Of a DNA stretch of 27,007 nt, positions 7,836 through 15,501 are shown piece by piece. Below the pieces are notes generated by a model. That model saw nothing but the letters and a program-made list of their open reading frames with translations, was not told the origin of the DNA and searched no databases. The stretch's first letter is position 1; every line of letters begins with the position of its first letter. The DNA is from a virus (Duplodnaviria > Caudoviricetes): positions 1 to 27,007 of IMG/VR virus record IMGVR_UViG_3300044971_003805; one strand, given 5' to 3'. A program made the translations under genes and the position numbers.

Positions 7836-8445
7836 GTCCCCGGATGAAGGCGGCTGGCAAGCCCGCTGGTGGGCCGGGGGGCGCGGGCGGCATGGTGCCG
7901 CTCGCGTCGTTTCTCGATCGGGCGTTGACGCGGCGAGCGCGCGGCGGGCAGGATCGAGATCGACCGAGACGAACAACGAGACCGGCCTGCGTCGAGGCAC
8001 TCGACGACGACGTGAGCGGATGACGGGCATAGGCTTGCGGGACGACAACGCGAGCAGAGGACGACGACACAAGGGTCAACGAAGACACCCGAGGTCGTCG
8101 CCGGGAACCACGGCAAGGCAGCCGACGGCGAGATGGTTCCTGTACTCCGCAACGGACTCACGTCGATCACGCCGGGATGGAAGCCGAACGATGCTCGACG
8201 AGCGTCGTTGTCGGCGCATCACGGCAGGCGCAGCCCGACTCGCGCGAAGCGCGCTCCGGCGAAGCACCTTGACCTGAACCAGCACCGGCGAACTTCGCGC
8301 TCGCGAACGCCGCGCACCTTGACGTCGACGAGGCGAAGTTGCGCCGGCTTCACCGACAGCGCAGGCGCGCGTAGCGGTTCGCCTTCGACGGCGACCAGCC
8401 GAGGAGCACGAGGACGCGCGCGAGGATCGCGCGGCACAAGCGTCG
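7836..8445 (+). ncRNA. Candidate large structured non-coding RNA (~600 nt), family not recognised
   Basis: No credible ORF; nested stems (8008-8016/8157-8165 enclosing 8062-8068/8094-8100 and 8104-8110/8134-8140; 7883-7892/7896-7905; 8187-8196/8200-8209; 8285-8298/8333-8347); G-U pairs and A-rich loops favour the + strand. Ends approximate. Confidence 0.55.
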
Positions 8446-8450
8446 ACGAC

Positions 8451-9779
8451 TCACACGAACGCCACGTCGGACGCGAGCAGGAGTTCGTGGACGGCCCAGA
8501 CGAGCGCGTCGAGGCGGTCGGGCGATCGCTCGCCGGCGAGGCCGGTGAACGAGGTGAGTTGCTTCTCCAGCGAGCGGAACGTGCCGACGTGGAACACGCG
8601 CGGGTCACGGTGCGGCGTTCGCTCGTAGAGCGCGGACACCGGCTCCGCTCGCGCGCGCTTGCCTTGCGCGGCGCGCACGGTGCGGACGTGGGCGAGCGGC
8701 GACACCGATGCGATCGTCTCGCTCACCATCTCGCCGCCGTTGTTGACCTCGGCGACGATGCAATCGGCGCGATGCTCCTCGTACGCGTCGACCGCGCGCT
8801 GCGCCCATCCTCGCGGCGGCAGCTTGCAGGACAGGTCGTCGAGGACGTACGCGCACCCGTCGACGCCGAGGCCGACGACGACGATGCCGGTCTCGTCGGA
8901 GTGCGTCGACGACGTCGCCGCCGGGTCGACGCTGACGACGACGCGCGAGAGTTCGGGCGCGGCCTTCACGCGCACGGCGTCGATCGTCGTGCTCGTCCAG
9001 AGCGCACCCTCGACGTCGTCGAGGAGTTCGGCTTCGATCTCCTGTCGACCGAGTCGCGTGCCTTCGTAGGTCTCGACGAGCTTCGCGAAGAACGACGGAT
9101 CGAGATTGTCGCGGTTCGCGTAGCTGCTGCCGGTCGTCGTTGACGTCGACGGTGCGGCGCGGAGAGCGCGCAGCGTGTCGATCGGTCGCGGCGTCGTCGT
9201 GACGATCGCGCGCGGCGGTGAGCCGTCGGGCGCGGTGAGACGCAGGCCGAGGTCGAGGTTCGCGAGCAGTTCGTCGCGCGTCGTCGGCTTCCACGCGGCG
9301 AGTTCTTCCAGCCATGCGGTGTCGTGCTGCGGACCACGCGCGGCGTTCGGGTCGTCGCTGGAGAAGATCGTGGCAGTCGCTCCGCCGGGCCACGTCACGC
9401 GACGCTTCGACGGCTCGAAGTGCGGACGCCCGCGCGGATCACTCGTCGCGAGGATGCCAGCAGGACCGAGAACCATGACGTCGCGAGCGTCGCCGGCGTC
9501 GCGCGCGGCGAGGGCGATGTACCTCGCTTGCTTCGACCTCACGCGCTCGTGCAGCCACTCCGCGCCCGTCCTCGTCTTGCCGAACCCGCGCCCCGCCATG
9601 ACGAGCCAGAAGCGCCACGCGCCCGGCGGCGGTCGCTGCTCCGGTCGCGCCCAGAACGGCCACGCATGACGGAGGCGCGCGCAGGTCGCAGGACCGAGGC
9701 GACGCAGGAGCGCGCGTCGATCGGCGTCGTCGAGAGCGAGCAGGCGCTCGCGAAGCGCGGCGAGGTCGTCGGCTCTCAT
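8451..9779 (-). CDS. terL: Terminase large subunit
   Basis: Walker A AGRGFGKT, Walker B AWLEE, TTTP motif, RNase H-like VSVDPA, SDETGI, PDRLDA; start set at ATG 9779 overlapping the terS stop (ATGA). Confidence 0.95.
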   Translation of the reverse strand: MRADDLAALRERLLALDDADRRALLRRLGPATCARLRHAWPFWARPEQRPPPGAWRFWLVMAGRGFGKTRTGAEWLHERVRSKQARYIALAARDAGDARDVMVLGPAGILATSDPRGRPHFEPSKRRVTWPGGATATIFSSDDPNAARGPQHDTAWLEELAAWKPTTRDELLANLDLGLRLTAPDGSPPRAIVTTTPRPIDTLRALRAAPSTSTTTGSSYANRDNLDPSFFAKLVETYEGTRLGRQEIEAELLDDVEGALWTSTTIDAVRVKAAPELSRVVVSVDPAATSSTHSDETGIVVVGLGVDGCAYVLDDLSCKLPPRGWAQRAVDAYEEHRADCIVAEVNNGGEMVSETIASVSPLAHVRTVRAAQGKRARAEPVSALYERTPHRDPRVFHVGTFRSLEKQLTSFTGLAGERSPDRLDALVWAVHELLLASDVAFV

Positions 9780-10303
9780 CGCGTGCGTCTCGCTGCCATC
9801 GCGTCGAGCGCGGACGCAAGAGCCTCGACGGCGTTGTCGAGCGAGTCGTCCTCGCCGCCATCGAACGCGTGGCGACCTGCCTCGACGTTGTCCTTCGCCC
9901 ATCGCGAGCGGTGCCGTCTTTCGAGTCGATGCGCCGCTGCCTTCCAGTCCTTCTCCGCTGCCTTCCCGATCAGCATGACGTCGCGGGCTTCACTCTCTGC
10001 CGCTGCCTTCTCGACGTCGTCGGAGAAGGACACAAGATCGACCTCGTATCCTCGCGGAGTGTATCCCGAAGTCGCGACGAGCCGACGCAGTTCTCCGCCT
10101 CTTTTCATCCACGAGTAGAACGTATCGCGATGGATGCCGACCGCCTGCGCGGCGACGTCGGGGAAGTTCCCGGCGCGCACGAGGTCGACGATGCGGCGCA
10201 TGATCGACGGATCGATCACGAACAACGGCGGACGATGACCAAGCGGCTTCGTCGTCGCCGCTTTCTTCTTCGTCGTCGGCTTGCGTTTCGATGTGGTAGC
10301 CAT
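9776..10303 (-). CDS. terS: Terminase small subunit
   Basis: HTH-like GNFPDVAAQAVGIHRDTFYSWMKRG and DWKAAAHRLERR; directly upstream of terL. Confidence 0.85.
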   Translation of the reverse strand: MATTSKRKPTTKKKAATTKPLGHRPPLFVIDPSIMRRIVDLVRAGNFPDVAAQAVGIHRDTFYSWMKRGGELRRLVATSGYTPRGYEVDLVSFSDDVEKAAAESEARDVMLIGKAAEKDWKAAAHRLERRHRSRWAKDNVEAGRHAFDGGEDDSLDNAVEALASALDAMAARRTR

Positions 10304-10323
10304 GTTGTTGATGGAGGTCCGTT

Positions 10324-10929
10324 GTGAAGAAGAAGCCTAGCACCGACGAAGCGCCTGCGAAGGCGTCGTCGAAGATCAACCCCGCTCTCGAACCGCTCGC
10401 GCGCCCGACGGCTTCGCTGCGTCTCGACGAGCGCAACGCCCGCAAGCACGAGCGCCGGAGCATCGACACGATCAAGACGTCGCTCTCGACGTACGGGCAG
10501 CAGAAGCCGATCGTCGCCCTGACGAGCGGAACCGTCATCGCCGGCAACGGCACGCTCGAAGCGGCGCGAGAACTTGGATGGGAGAGGATCGCGGTCGTCA
10601 CGTTCGACACCGAGGACGAAGCGCGCGCGCGCGCGTTTGCCATCATGGACAACCGAACCTCCGATCTCTCGTCGTGGGATCGAGACGTGCTCGCCGAACT
10701 CCTCGAAGGGATTCCTTCGACGATGGTCGACGCGGTCGGCTTCTCGTCGCAGGAGATCGAGACGTTGCTCGCGCTCTCCGCCGGCGATCCAACGGCGGGA
10801 CTTCCGTCCGACTCGAAGCACGTCGGACAGTTCGGCGTGATCGTTCTCTGCGGAAGCGAGGAAGAACAGCGCGACGTCTACGATCGGATGATCGCAGAGG
10901 GTTTCTCTTGCAAGGTCGTCGCGACCTGA
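10324..10929 (+). CDS. ParB/Srx N-terminal-domain protein
   Basis: NARKH, SLSTYGQQKPIV, VIAGNGTLEAA, DNRTSDLSSWD; GGAGG RBS, GTG start. Confidence 0.88.
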   Translation: MKKKPSTDEAPAKASSKINPALEPLARPTASLRLDERNARKHERRSIDTIKTSLSTYGQQKPIVALTSGTVIAGNGTLEAARELGWERIAVVTFDTEDEARARAFAIMDNRTSDLSSWDRDVLAELLEGIPSTMVDAVGFSSQEIETLLALSAGDPTAGLPSDSKHVGQFGVIVLCGSEEEQRDVYDRMIAEGFSCKVVAT

Positions 10930-10941
10930 AGGGGTTGATCA

Positions 10942-12108
10942 ATGCTTGTCAGCGTGAGGAACAACTGCACCGACTTCTCGTCGTACAGGTCGGCGCGGGT
11001 CAAGAGTCTTTTCAACGTCGAGAGCGGAGCGAACTTCTCGATCGACGCGGACCTGCCGATCGAGGACGACGGCTGGTCGATCGGCGTCGTCGTCGGCCCG
11101 AGCGGTTCGGGCAAGACGTCGATCGGCCGTCGCGTGTTCGGCGACGGTGCGATCCACGCGCCGACGTGGCGAGGTGGTGTTCCGATCGTCGACGAGATAG
11201 CACCGGAGGGGAAGTTCGACGACGTCACGGCGGCGCTTGCCGCCGTCGGCCTTGGCAACGTGCCGTCGTGGCTTCGACCGTACGAAGTCCTGTCGAACGG
11301 CGAGAAGTTCCGCGCCGATCTCGCGCGCCTCGTCTGCGAGAAACCGGAGCGAGTCGTCGTCGACGAGTTCACGTCCGTCGTCGATCGGCAGATCGCGAAG
11401 TTCGGCGCGCTCGCGTTTCAGAAGTCGTGGCGTCGAACCGGCGGGAAGGCCGTTCTCCTGACGTGTCACTACGACGTGCTTGAGTGGATCGAACCGGACT
11501 GGATCTTCGACACGCAGACGAGACTCTTTCAGCGGAGGTCACTTCGGCGACCAAAGTTCGACGTTGAGGTGTTCGCGACAGACTGGAGTTACTGGCCGCT
11601 TTTTGAGCCGCATCACTATCTAAAGATTCCGAAGATGGTTGGGGCGCAGTGCTACGTCGGCGCGGTTGACGGCGAGCCGGTTTGCCACCTCGCCGTCGGG
11701 ACGATGGCACTCGGCAGGGACAGGTTCGAGGCGCGTGCGTGTCGACTCGTCGTCATGCCGGAATGGCAGGGTGCAGGCGTCGGCCTTCGCTTCCTCGATC
11801 ACGTCTGCCAGCTTCAGCTTGACGGTCTCGGCAGGACGGGTCGTCGGATCACGACGATGTTTCACACCTCGCATCCCGGCCTTGCCGCCGCGCTTCGACG
11901 GAACAGGAAGTGGGTTCAGGTTTCCGAGAGACTGTTCGCGAACAACGGCTCGACGAACAAGAAGGCCGCCGTCGCCTCGGGGATTCTGCGCGGTCGCAAG
12001 GTCGTCATGGGCGCGAAGCAGGCGGCGGCCGGCGGCTCGTGGTTCGGCGGACACCTTCGCGCGGTGCAGGGGTTTCGCTACATGGGCGATCGGGGCGGAG
12101 AGCGATGA
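10942..12108 (+). CDS. ABC-type ATPase fused to a Mom-like GNAT acyltransferase
   Basis: Walker A GPSGSGKT, signature LSNGE, Walker B VVVDE, H-loop TCH; then FEPHHYL and acyl-CoA motif RLVVMPEWQGAGVG. Confidence 0.88.
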   Translation: MLVSVRNNCTDFSSYRSARVKSLFNVESGANFSIDADLPIEDDGWSIGVVVGPSGSGKTSIGRRVFGDGAIHAPTWRGGVPIVDEIAPEGKFDDVTAALAAVGLGNVPSWLRPYEVLSNGEKFRADLARLVCEKPERVVVDEFTSVVDRQIAKFGALAFQKSWRRTGGKAVLLTCHYDVLEWIEPDWIFDTQTRLFQRRSLRRPKFDVEVFATDWSYWPLFEPHHYLKIPKMVGAQCYVGAVDGEPVCHLAVGTMALGRDRFEARACRLVVMPEWQGAGVGLRFLDHVCQLQLDGLGRTGRRITTMFHTSHPGLAAALRRNRKWVQVSERLFANNGSTNKKAAVASGILRGRKVVMGAKQAAAGGSWFGGHLRAVQGFRYMGDRGGER

Positions 12109-12770
12109 GGGTTGCGCTGTTCGGGCAACGCTCCTTCGGCGGGGGAGTTCTTCGATCCCTCGTCGAGCGTCACGAGATCGCGCTCGTGGTGTCGCCGCCG
12201 AACGACGAGGACGGACGCGAGGACCGAACGCGTGCGACGGCGTCGCTGCTCGATCTCCCTTGGCGCGCGTCGGGCACCGTCACGCCCGACGAGTTCCCAG
12301 ACGACGTCGACCTCATCGTCTGCGCGCACTCGCACGACTTCGTCGGACGGAGAACGCGCGCGCGTTCGAGGTTCGGGGCGGTCGGCTACCATCCGTCGTT
12401 GCTCCCGCTTCACCGAGGACGTGACGCCGTGAGGTGGACGATCCATATGCGGGACCGCGTCGCCGGCGGGAGCGTCTACTGGCTCTCCGACAACGTCGAC
12501 GGCGGAGACGTCGCCGCGCAGGAATGGTGCTTCGTTCGTCCCGACGACGACGCGTCGTCCCTCTGGCGTCGAGAGCTTTTCCCGATCGGCGTCCGTCTCC
12601 TGAACAGGGTCGTCGACGACGTTTCCGCGGGCGTTCTCGTTCGCGTACCGCAGGACGAGGAACTCGCGACGTGGGAACCGTCGTGGTCGCGCCCGCCGCT
12701 TCGACGACCCGAACTCCTCTGCCTACCGGAGCCGGGCAAGCGCGGGCCGGAGTTCGTCAGGACGCGCTAA
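12105..12770 (+). CDS. Formyltransferase (Fmt/PurN-like, 10-formyl-THF dependent)
   Basis: MRVALFG start (ATGA overlap), GYHPSLLPLHRG, VDGGD. Confidence 0.9.
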   Translation: MRVALFGQRSFGGGVLRSLVERHEIALVVSPPNDEDGREDRTRATASLLDLPWRASGTVTPDEFPDDVDLIVCAHSHDFVGRRTRARSRFGAVGYHPSLLPLHRGRDAVRWTIHMRDRVAGGSVYWLSDNVDGGDVAAQEWCFVRPDDDASSLWRRELFPIGVRLLNRVVDDVSAGVLVRVPQDEELATWEPSWSRPPLRRPELLCLPEPGKRGPEFVRTR

Positions 12771-12810
12771 ACGCAGGCCACAACAACCCCCGGCACGTCA
12801 AGGGGGGATT

Positions 12811-12847
12811 CGCCCGCCGCGATCCGCACGGCGGGCGTTCTTTTTTT
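12811..12847 (+). terminator. Rho-independent terminator
   Basis: 9-bp stem CGCCCGCCG/CGGCGGGCG followed by TTCTTTTTTT. Confidence 0.85.
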
Positions 12848-12942
12848 CACCGCCGCCCGGCTGATCCGGAAACGGCGGGACACCCTAAGCCAACGAAAAC
12901 ACGCGCTTTCCGGCGGTCGAACGTCGGGCGGCGAGCGGTCGC

Positions 12943-12971
12943 TTGACAGGCGAACGTCGGTCGCGTACGGT
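12943..12971 (+). promoter_or_regulatory. Strong sigma70-type early promoter
   Basis: TTGACA-17 nt-TACGGT; CGAACGTCGG direct repeat at 12918-12927 and 12951-12960. Confidence 0.8.
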
Positions 12972-12977
12972 TGCTGA

Positions 12978-13278
12978 GTCGGTTGCGGTTGACGCGGTCG
13001 ACGAAAAGCAGGCGGACGTCGGGACCGGTGAAACAGATCGGAACCCCCCGCTGAACAGAGACCCGGTCGGAGCAGGAGCGCGGAAACGCGTAGCCGGCGA
13101 GGACAGACCGGGAAGCAGAAAACAGAAAGCCGCGCCCGATGCGCGGACGACATCGAAGCGACGACGACGCGCCCACGGGGCGGGGTTCGTTCAACGCGAC
13201 GACGTCGACGAGGCATCGGGCGCAGCGACGACGACGTGAGCACCGCTCGCGTCGCGGTCGCTGCGCAACACCGCGACA
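12978..13278 (+). ncRNA. Long structured 5' leader or sRNA
   Basis: About 320 nt from predicted TSS to first ATG; stems 13023-13028/13063-13068, CGCG-GAAA-CGCG 13079-13090, perfect 11 bp 13132-13142/13213-13223; A-rich linkers. Confidence 0.5.
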
Positions 13279-13299
13279 GCACAACAGGGAGAGAAAGCT

Positions 13300-13464
13300 A
13301 TGAAGAACAACACCAACAAGATCAGCTTCGTCGTCGTCCGTAACTTCGACGGTCACGTCTACGGTCGCCGGTTCCGCACGGTGAAGGCCGCGATCGCCTA
13401 CATCGACGGGATGCGCGCCGTCGGTTCGTGCTGCGCACGCTACGTCGCGCAGATCGCCGAGTGA
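13300..13464 (+). CDS. 54-aa hypothetical protein (MKNNTNKISFVVVRNFDGHVYGRRFRTVKAAIAYIDG...)
   Basis: AGGGAG RBS, phage-typical codons; below the ORF-track cutoff. Confidence 0.8.
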   Translation: MKNNTNKISFVVVRNFDGHVYGRRFRTVKAAIAYIDGMRAVGSCCARYVAQIAE

Positions 13465-13591
13465 GAGATCGAGACGAGAACGCAACGGGGCGGCGAACGT
13501 CCCGGCATCGCCCGACGCATTCCGCGTCGACGACGTCGCGCGCTGTTCGATGCGCGCCGAGGCCCACGGACGGGCACAACAGGGAGCAACG

Positions 13592-14335
13592 ATGACGACC
13601 ACGAACAATACCGAGACCACGACGACGACCGCCTCGAAGACGAAGGTCACCGACCGCTACCACGCGCTCGTGATGCACGCCTACACGCTGCCGGAGTTCA
13701 CGTTCACGAAGTCGAAGAAGCCGACCTCGAAGGACTGCGACGAACTCAGCGAGGCGATCGCGAAGTACGAGGCCGGTCTGGCCGAGGTGATCGAGATGGC
13801 GACGGCGGCCCCGGTCGTCGAGGCCGCGCCCGTCGCCCCGCGCGCCGCGCTCGTCGAGGCGCTCGCCACGCTCGACGCGATCGACGGCGGCGCGTCGGCG
13901 GATGCGCTCACGGCTCCGACGACGGAGCGTGACGAGGCGCGCGCCAAGTTCTTCGGTGCGACGAAGGCCACGAAGGCGCACGGCTACCGGCTGCTCGCCG
14001 CAGCGACCGGAGACGGAAACCGTCGCGACTCGCTTCGTGCGGCACTTGCGGAGCTTCCGGAGGGAATCCGCGCCGGTGCCTGCAAGATCGCGATGTCGCT
14101 CGTCGTCGCCGGCGGGTCGATGCACGACGACCTGAAGGCCGTCCACGACGAGCAGCCCGCGCCGACGACGACGACCGGCGGCGGTCGGTCCCTCGGTGAC
14201 GGTGAGCGCCTCTGCACGGTGAGCAAGCCCGGCGGTCGCGCGGTCCTGCACCTCACGCTCCCGGAGCAGTTCCGCTCCGTCGACAAGGTCCGCGTCGTGA
14301 TCGCCGGAGACACGATCACGATCACGAAGGTCTGA
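13592..14335 (+). CDS. Hypothetical protein with possible C-terminal AbrB/SpoVT-like DNA-binding domain
   Basis: AGGGAG RBS before ATG 13592; C-terminus TVSKPGGRAVLHLTLPEQFRSVDKVRVVIAGDTITITKV. Confidence 0.75.
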   Translation: MTTTNNTETTTTTASKTKVTDRYHALVMHAYTLPEFTFTKSKKPTSKDCDELSEAIAKYEAGLAEVIEMATAAPVVEAAPVAPRAALVEALATLDAIDGGASADALTAPTTERDEARAKFFGATKATKAHGYRLLAAATGDGNRRDSLRAALAELPEGIRAGACKIAMSLVVAGGSMHDDLKAVHDEQPAPTTTTGGGRSLGDGERLCTVSKPGGRAVLHLTLPEQFRSVDKVRVVIAGDTITITKV

Positions 14336-14336
14336 A

Positions 14337-14410
14337 CCGAAAGCGGGCGACGCCCGCTCGACGCGCACGGCACGCCCACGTCGGGCGGCGCGTCCTGATG
14401 ATGGATGCCG
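14337..14410 (+). ncRNA. Type II hammerhead ribozyme with extra U after A9 and a pseudoknot
   Basis: GAAA 14339-14342, stem III 14343-14348/14352-14357, CUC cleavage triplet 14357-14359, stem I 14360-14366/14388-14394, CUGAUGA 14395-14401, 2-bp stem II, pseudoknot CGGCA 14368-14372/UGCCG 14406-14410. Confidence 0.88.
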
Positions 14411-14426
14411 ACACAGGGAGACCACG

Positions 14427-15464
14427 ATGAAGAACGACATCAGACAGTCAGCACCGCTCGCCTCCGATCGCGTCGGCTCCGTCGTCTGCTGGTCGGCGCA
14501 CGCCGTCAGCGTCGACGCACGCACGCTGCGCGCTGCCGTCCTTGACGCGCGCCGCTCGTTCGTCTGCCCGACGTGCGGCGCGGGCGACGGCGACGACTGC
14601 GTCGACGGTTTCGCCTCACCGCTCGATCGCGAACGTCTGCACGAGACCCGCGCCGGCGTGCTCGCTGGCATCGTTCACGACCCGGTCGAGCCGTCGGTCG
14701 CGATGACCCGCTCGATCGCTCGCCAGCGCAAGAGTGCCGACGGCCTGTCGTGGCGGCGCGGCACGCCCGACAAGGCGGCGAAGCACCTCGTCCCGGTCGT
14801 GCTCGTCGGCGACGAGCGCGTCGACGGGACGACGACGTTTGGCGACGCGGTCGCGCGGGCGCGATGGACGCTCGTCCACGACGAGCGCACCGGCGTCGTC
14901 GTCGTCCCGACCGGCCTCGACGATGTCGAGCAAGACGCGGTCGACGACCTCGTCGAGCGGTACGACCTCGAACGCTCCGCCCTGACCGCGCAGGACGTGT
15001 CGTCGATCTTGATCGGCGTCCTCGTCGGCCTCGGCGGGTTCTCGTTGAACGGCGGCGGAACTTACTTCGTGCCGCGCGACGGCGACGAGATCGTCGAGCG
15101 CCTCCGCCTGCGCGACGTGTTCGGCGCCGCCGGCTACCGGCTCAGCGTCCTCGACGTGCTCGCTGGCCGCGCCGACAACGTACGCGACGCCGCCGAAGAG
15201 TCGCTGCTTCGTGACGCGCAGGAGATCGCGACGGCGGCGACGGCGGCGAGCGAGAGGATGGCTGCCTTCATGTCGAACACCGGGAAGGGCAAGCCGCAGG
15301 CGCGAGCCGTCTTCGAGCGGCTCGAAGAGATCGAGGCGCTTCGTCGTCGCGGTCGCGCTCTCGCCCGCGTGTTGGGTGCGGCGACGGCGTCGATGGATGA
15401 CGCGCTCGCCGCTGCCGAGGCGAGCAGCCGCCGCGTTCTAGATGACCTTTCGCTCGTCGGTTGA
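14427..15464 (+). CDS. DUF3150/DUF6744-like protein with an inserted zinc finger
   Basis: GSVVCWS N-terminus, GGGTYFVP motif, helical C-terminus, position upstream of AAA+VWA; insert CPTCGA...C...H..R. Confidence 0.65.
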   Translation: MKNDIRQSAPLASDRVGSVVCWSAHAVSVDARTLRAAVLDARRSFVCPTCGAGDGDDCVDGFASPLDRERLHETRAGVLAGIVHDPVEPSVAMTRSIARQRKSADGLSWRRGTPDKAAKHLVPVVLVGDERVDGTTTFGDAVARARWTLVHDERTGVVVVPTGLDDVEQDAVDDLVERYDLERSALTAQDVSSILIGVLVGLGGFSLNGGGTYFVPRDGDEIVERLRLRDVFGAAGYRLSVLDVLAGRADNVRDAAEESLLRDAQEIATAATAASERMAAFMSNTGKGKPQARAVFERLEEIEALRRRGRALARVLGAATASMDDALAAAEASSRRVLDDLSLVG

Positions 15465-15501
15465 CGACGGCCGCGTTGCCCCGGCGATACGGGGCGAACA
15501 T

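Noticed and set aside
7802-8285. Short ORFs in the terL downstream gap (7802-8023, 8020-8277, 8076-8285) and the 8072 start of the fibre gene
   Set aside because: No RBS, atypical codons and low-complexity Arg/Pro/Gly translations.
7830-8400. Group II intron reading of the terL-adjacent RNA (GTGCG at 7830, CGGTTC near 8375)
   Set aside because: No local domain V hairpin with correct triad-bulge spacing, no RT ORF, no interrupted exon; GTGCG overlaps the predicted -10 box.
11910-12104. Track N-terminal extensions (formyltransferase from 11910, DnaB from 22315, MT-A70 from 24189, MazG from 26009, terL from 9902)
   Set aside because: They overlap upstream genes; downstream starts with RBS or stop-start coupling match the family N-termini.
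12860-12915. CCGGAAA/TTTCCGG inverted repeat as att site or origin; CTGAT..GAAA as a second hammerhead
   Set aside because: Only 7 bp, no integrase in view, and the CUGANGA core is incomplete.
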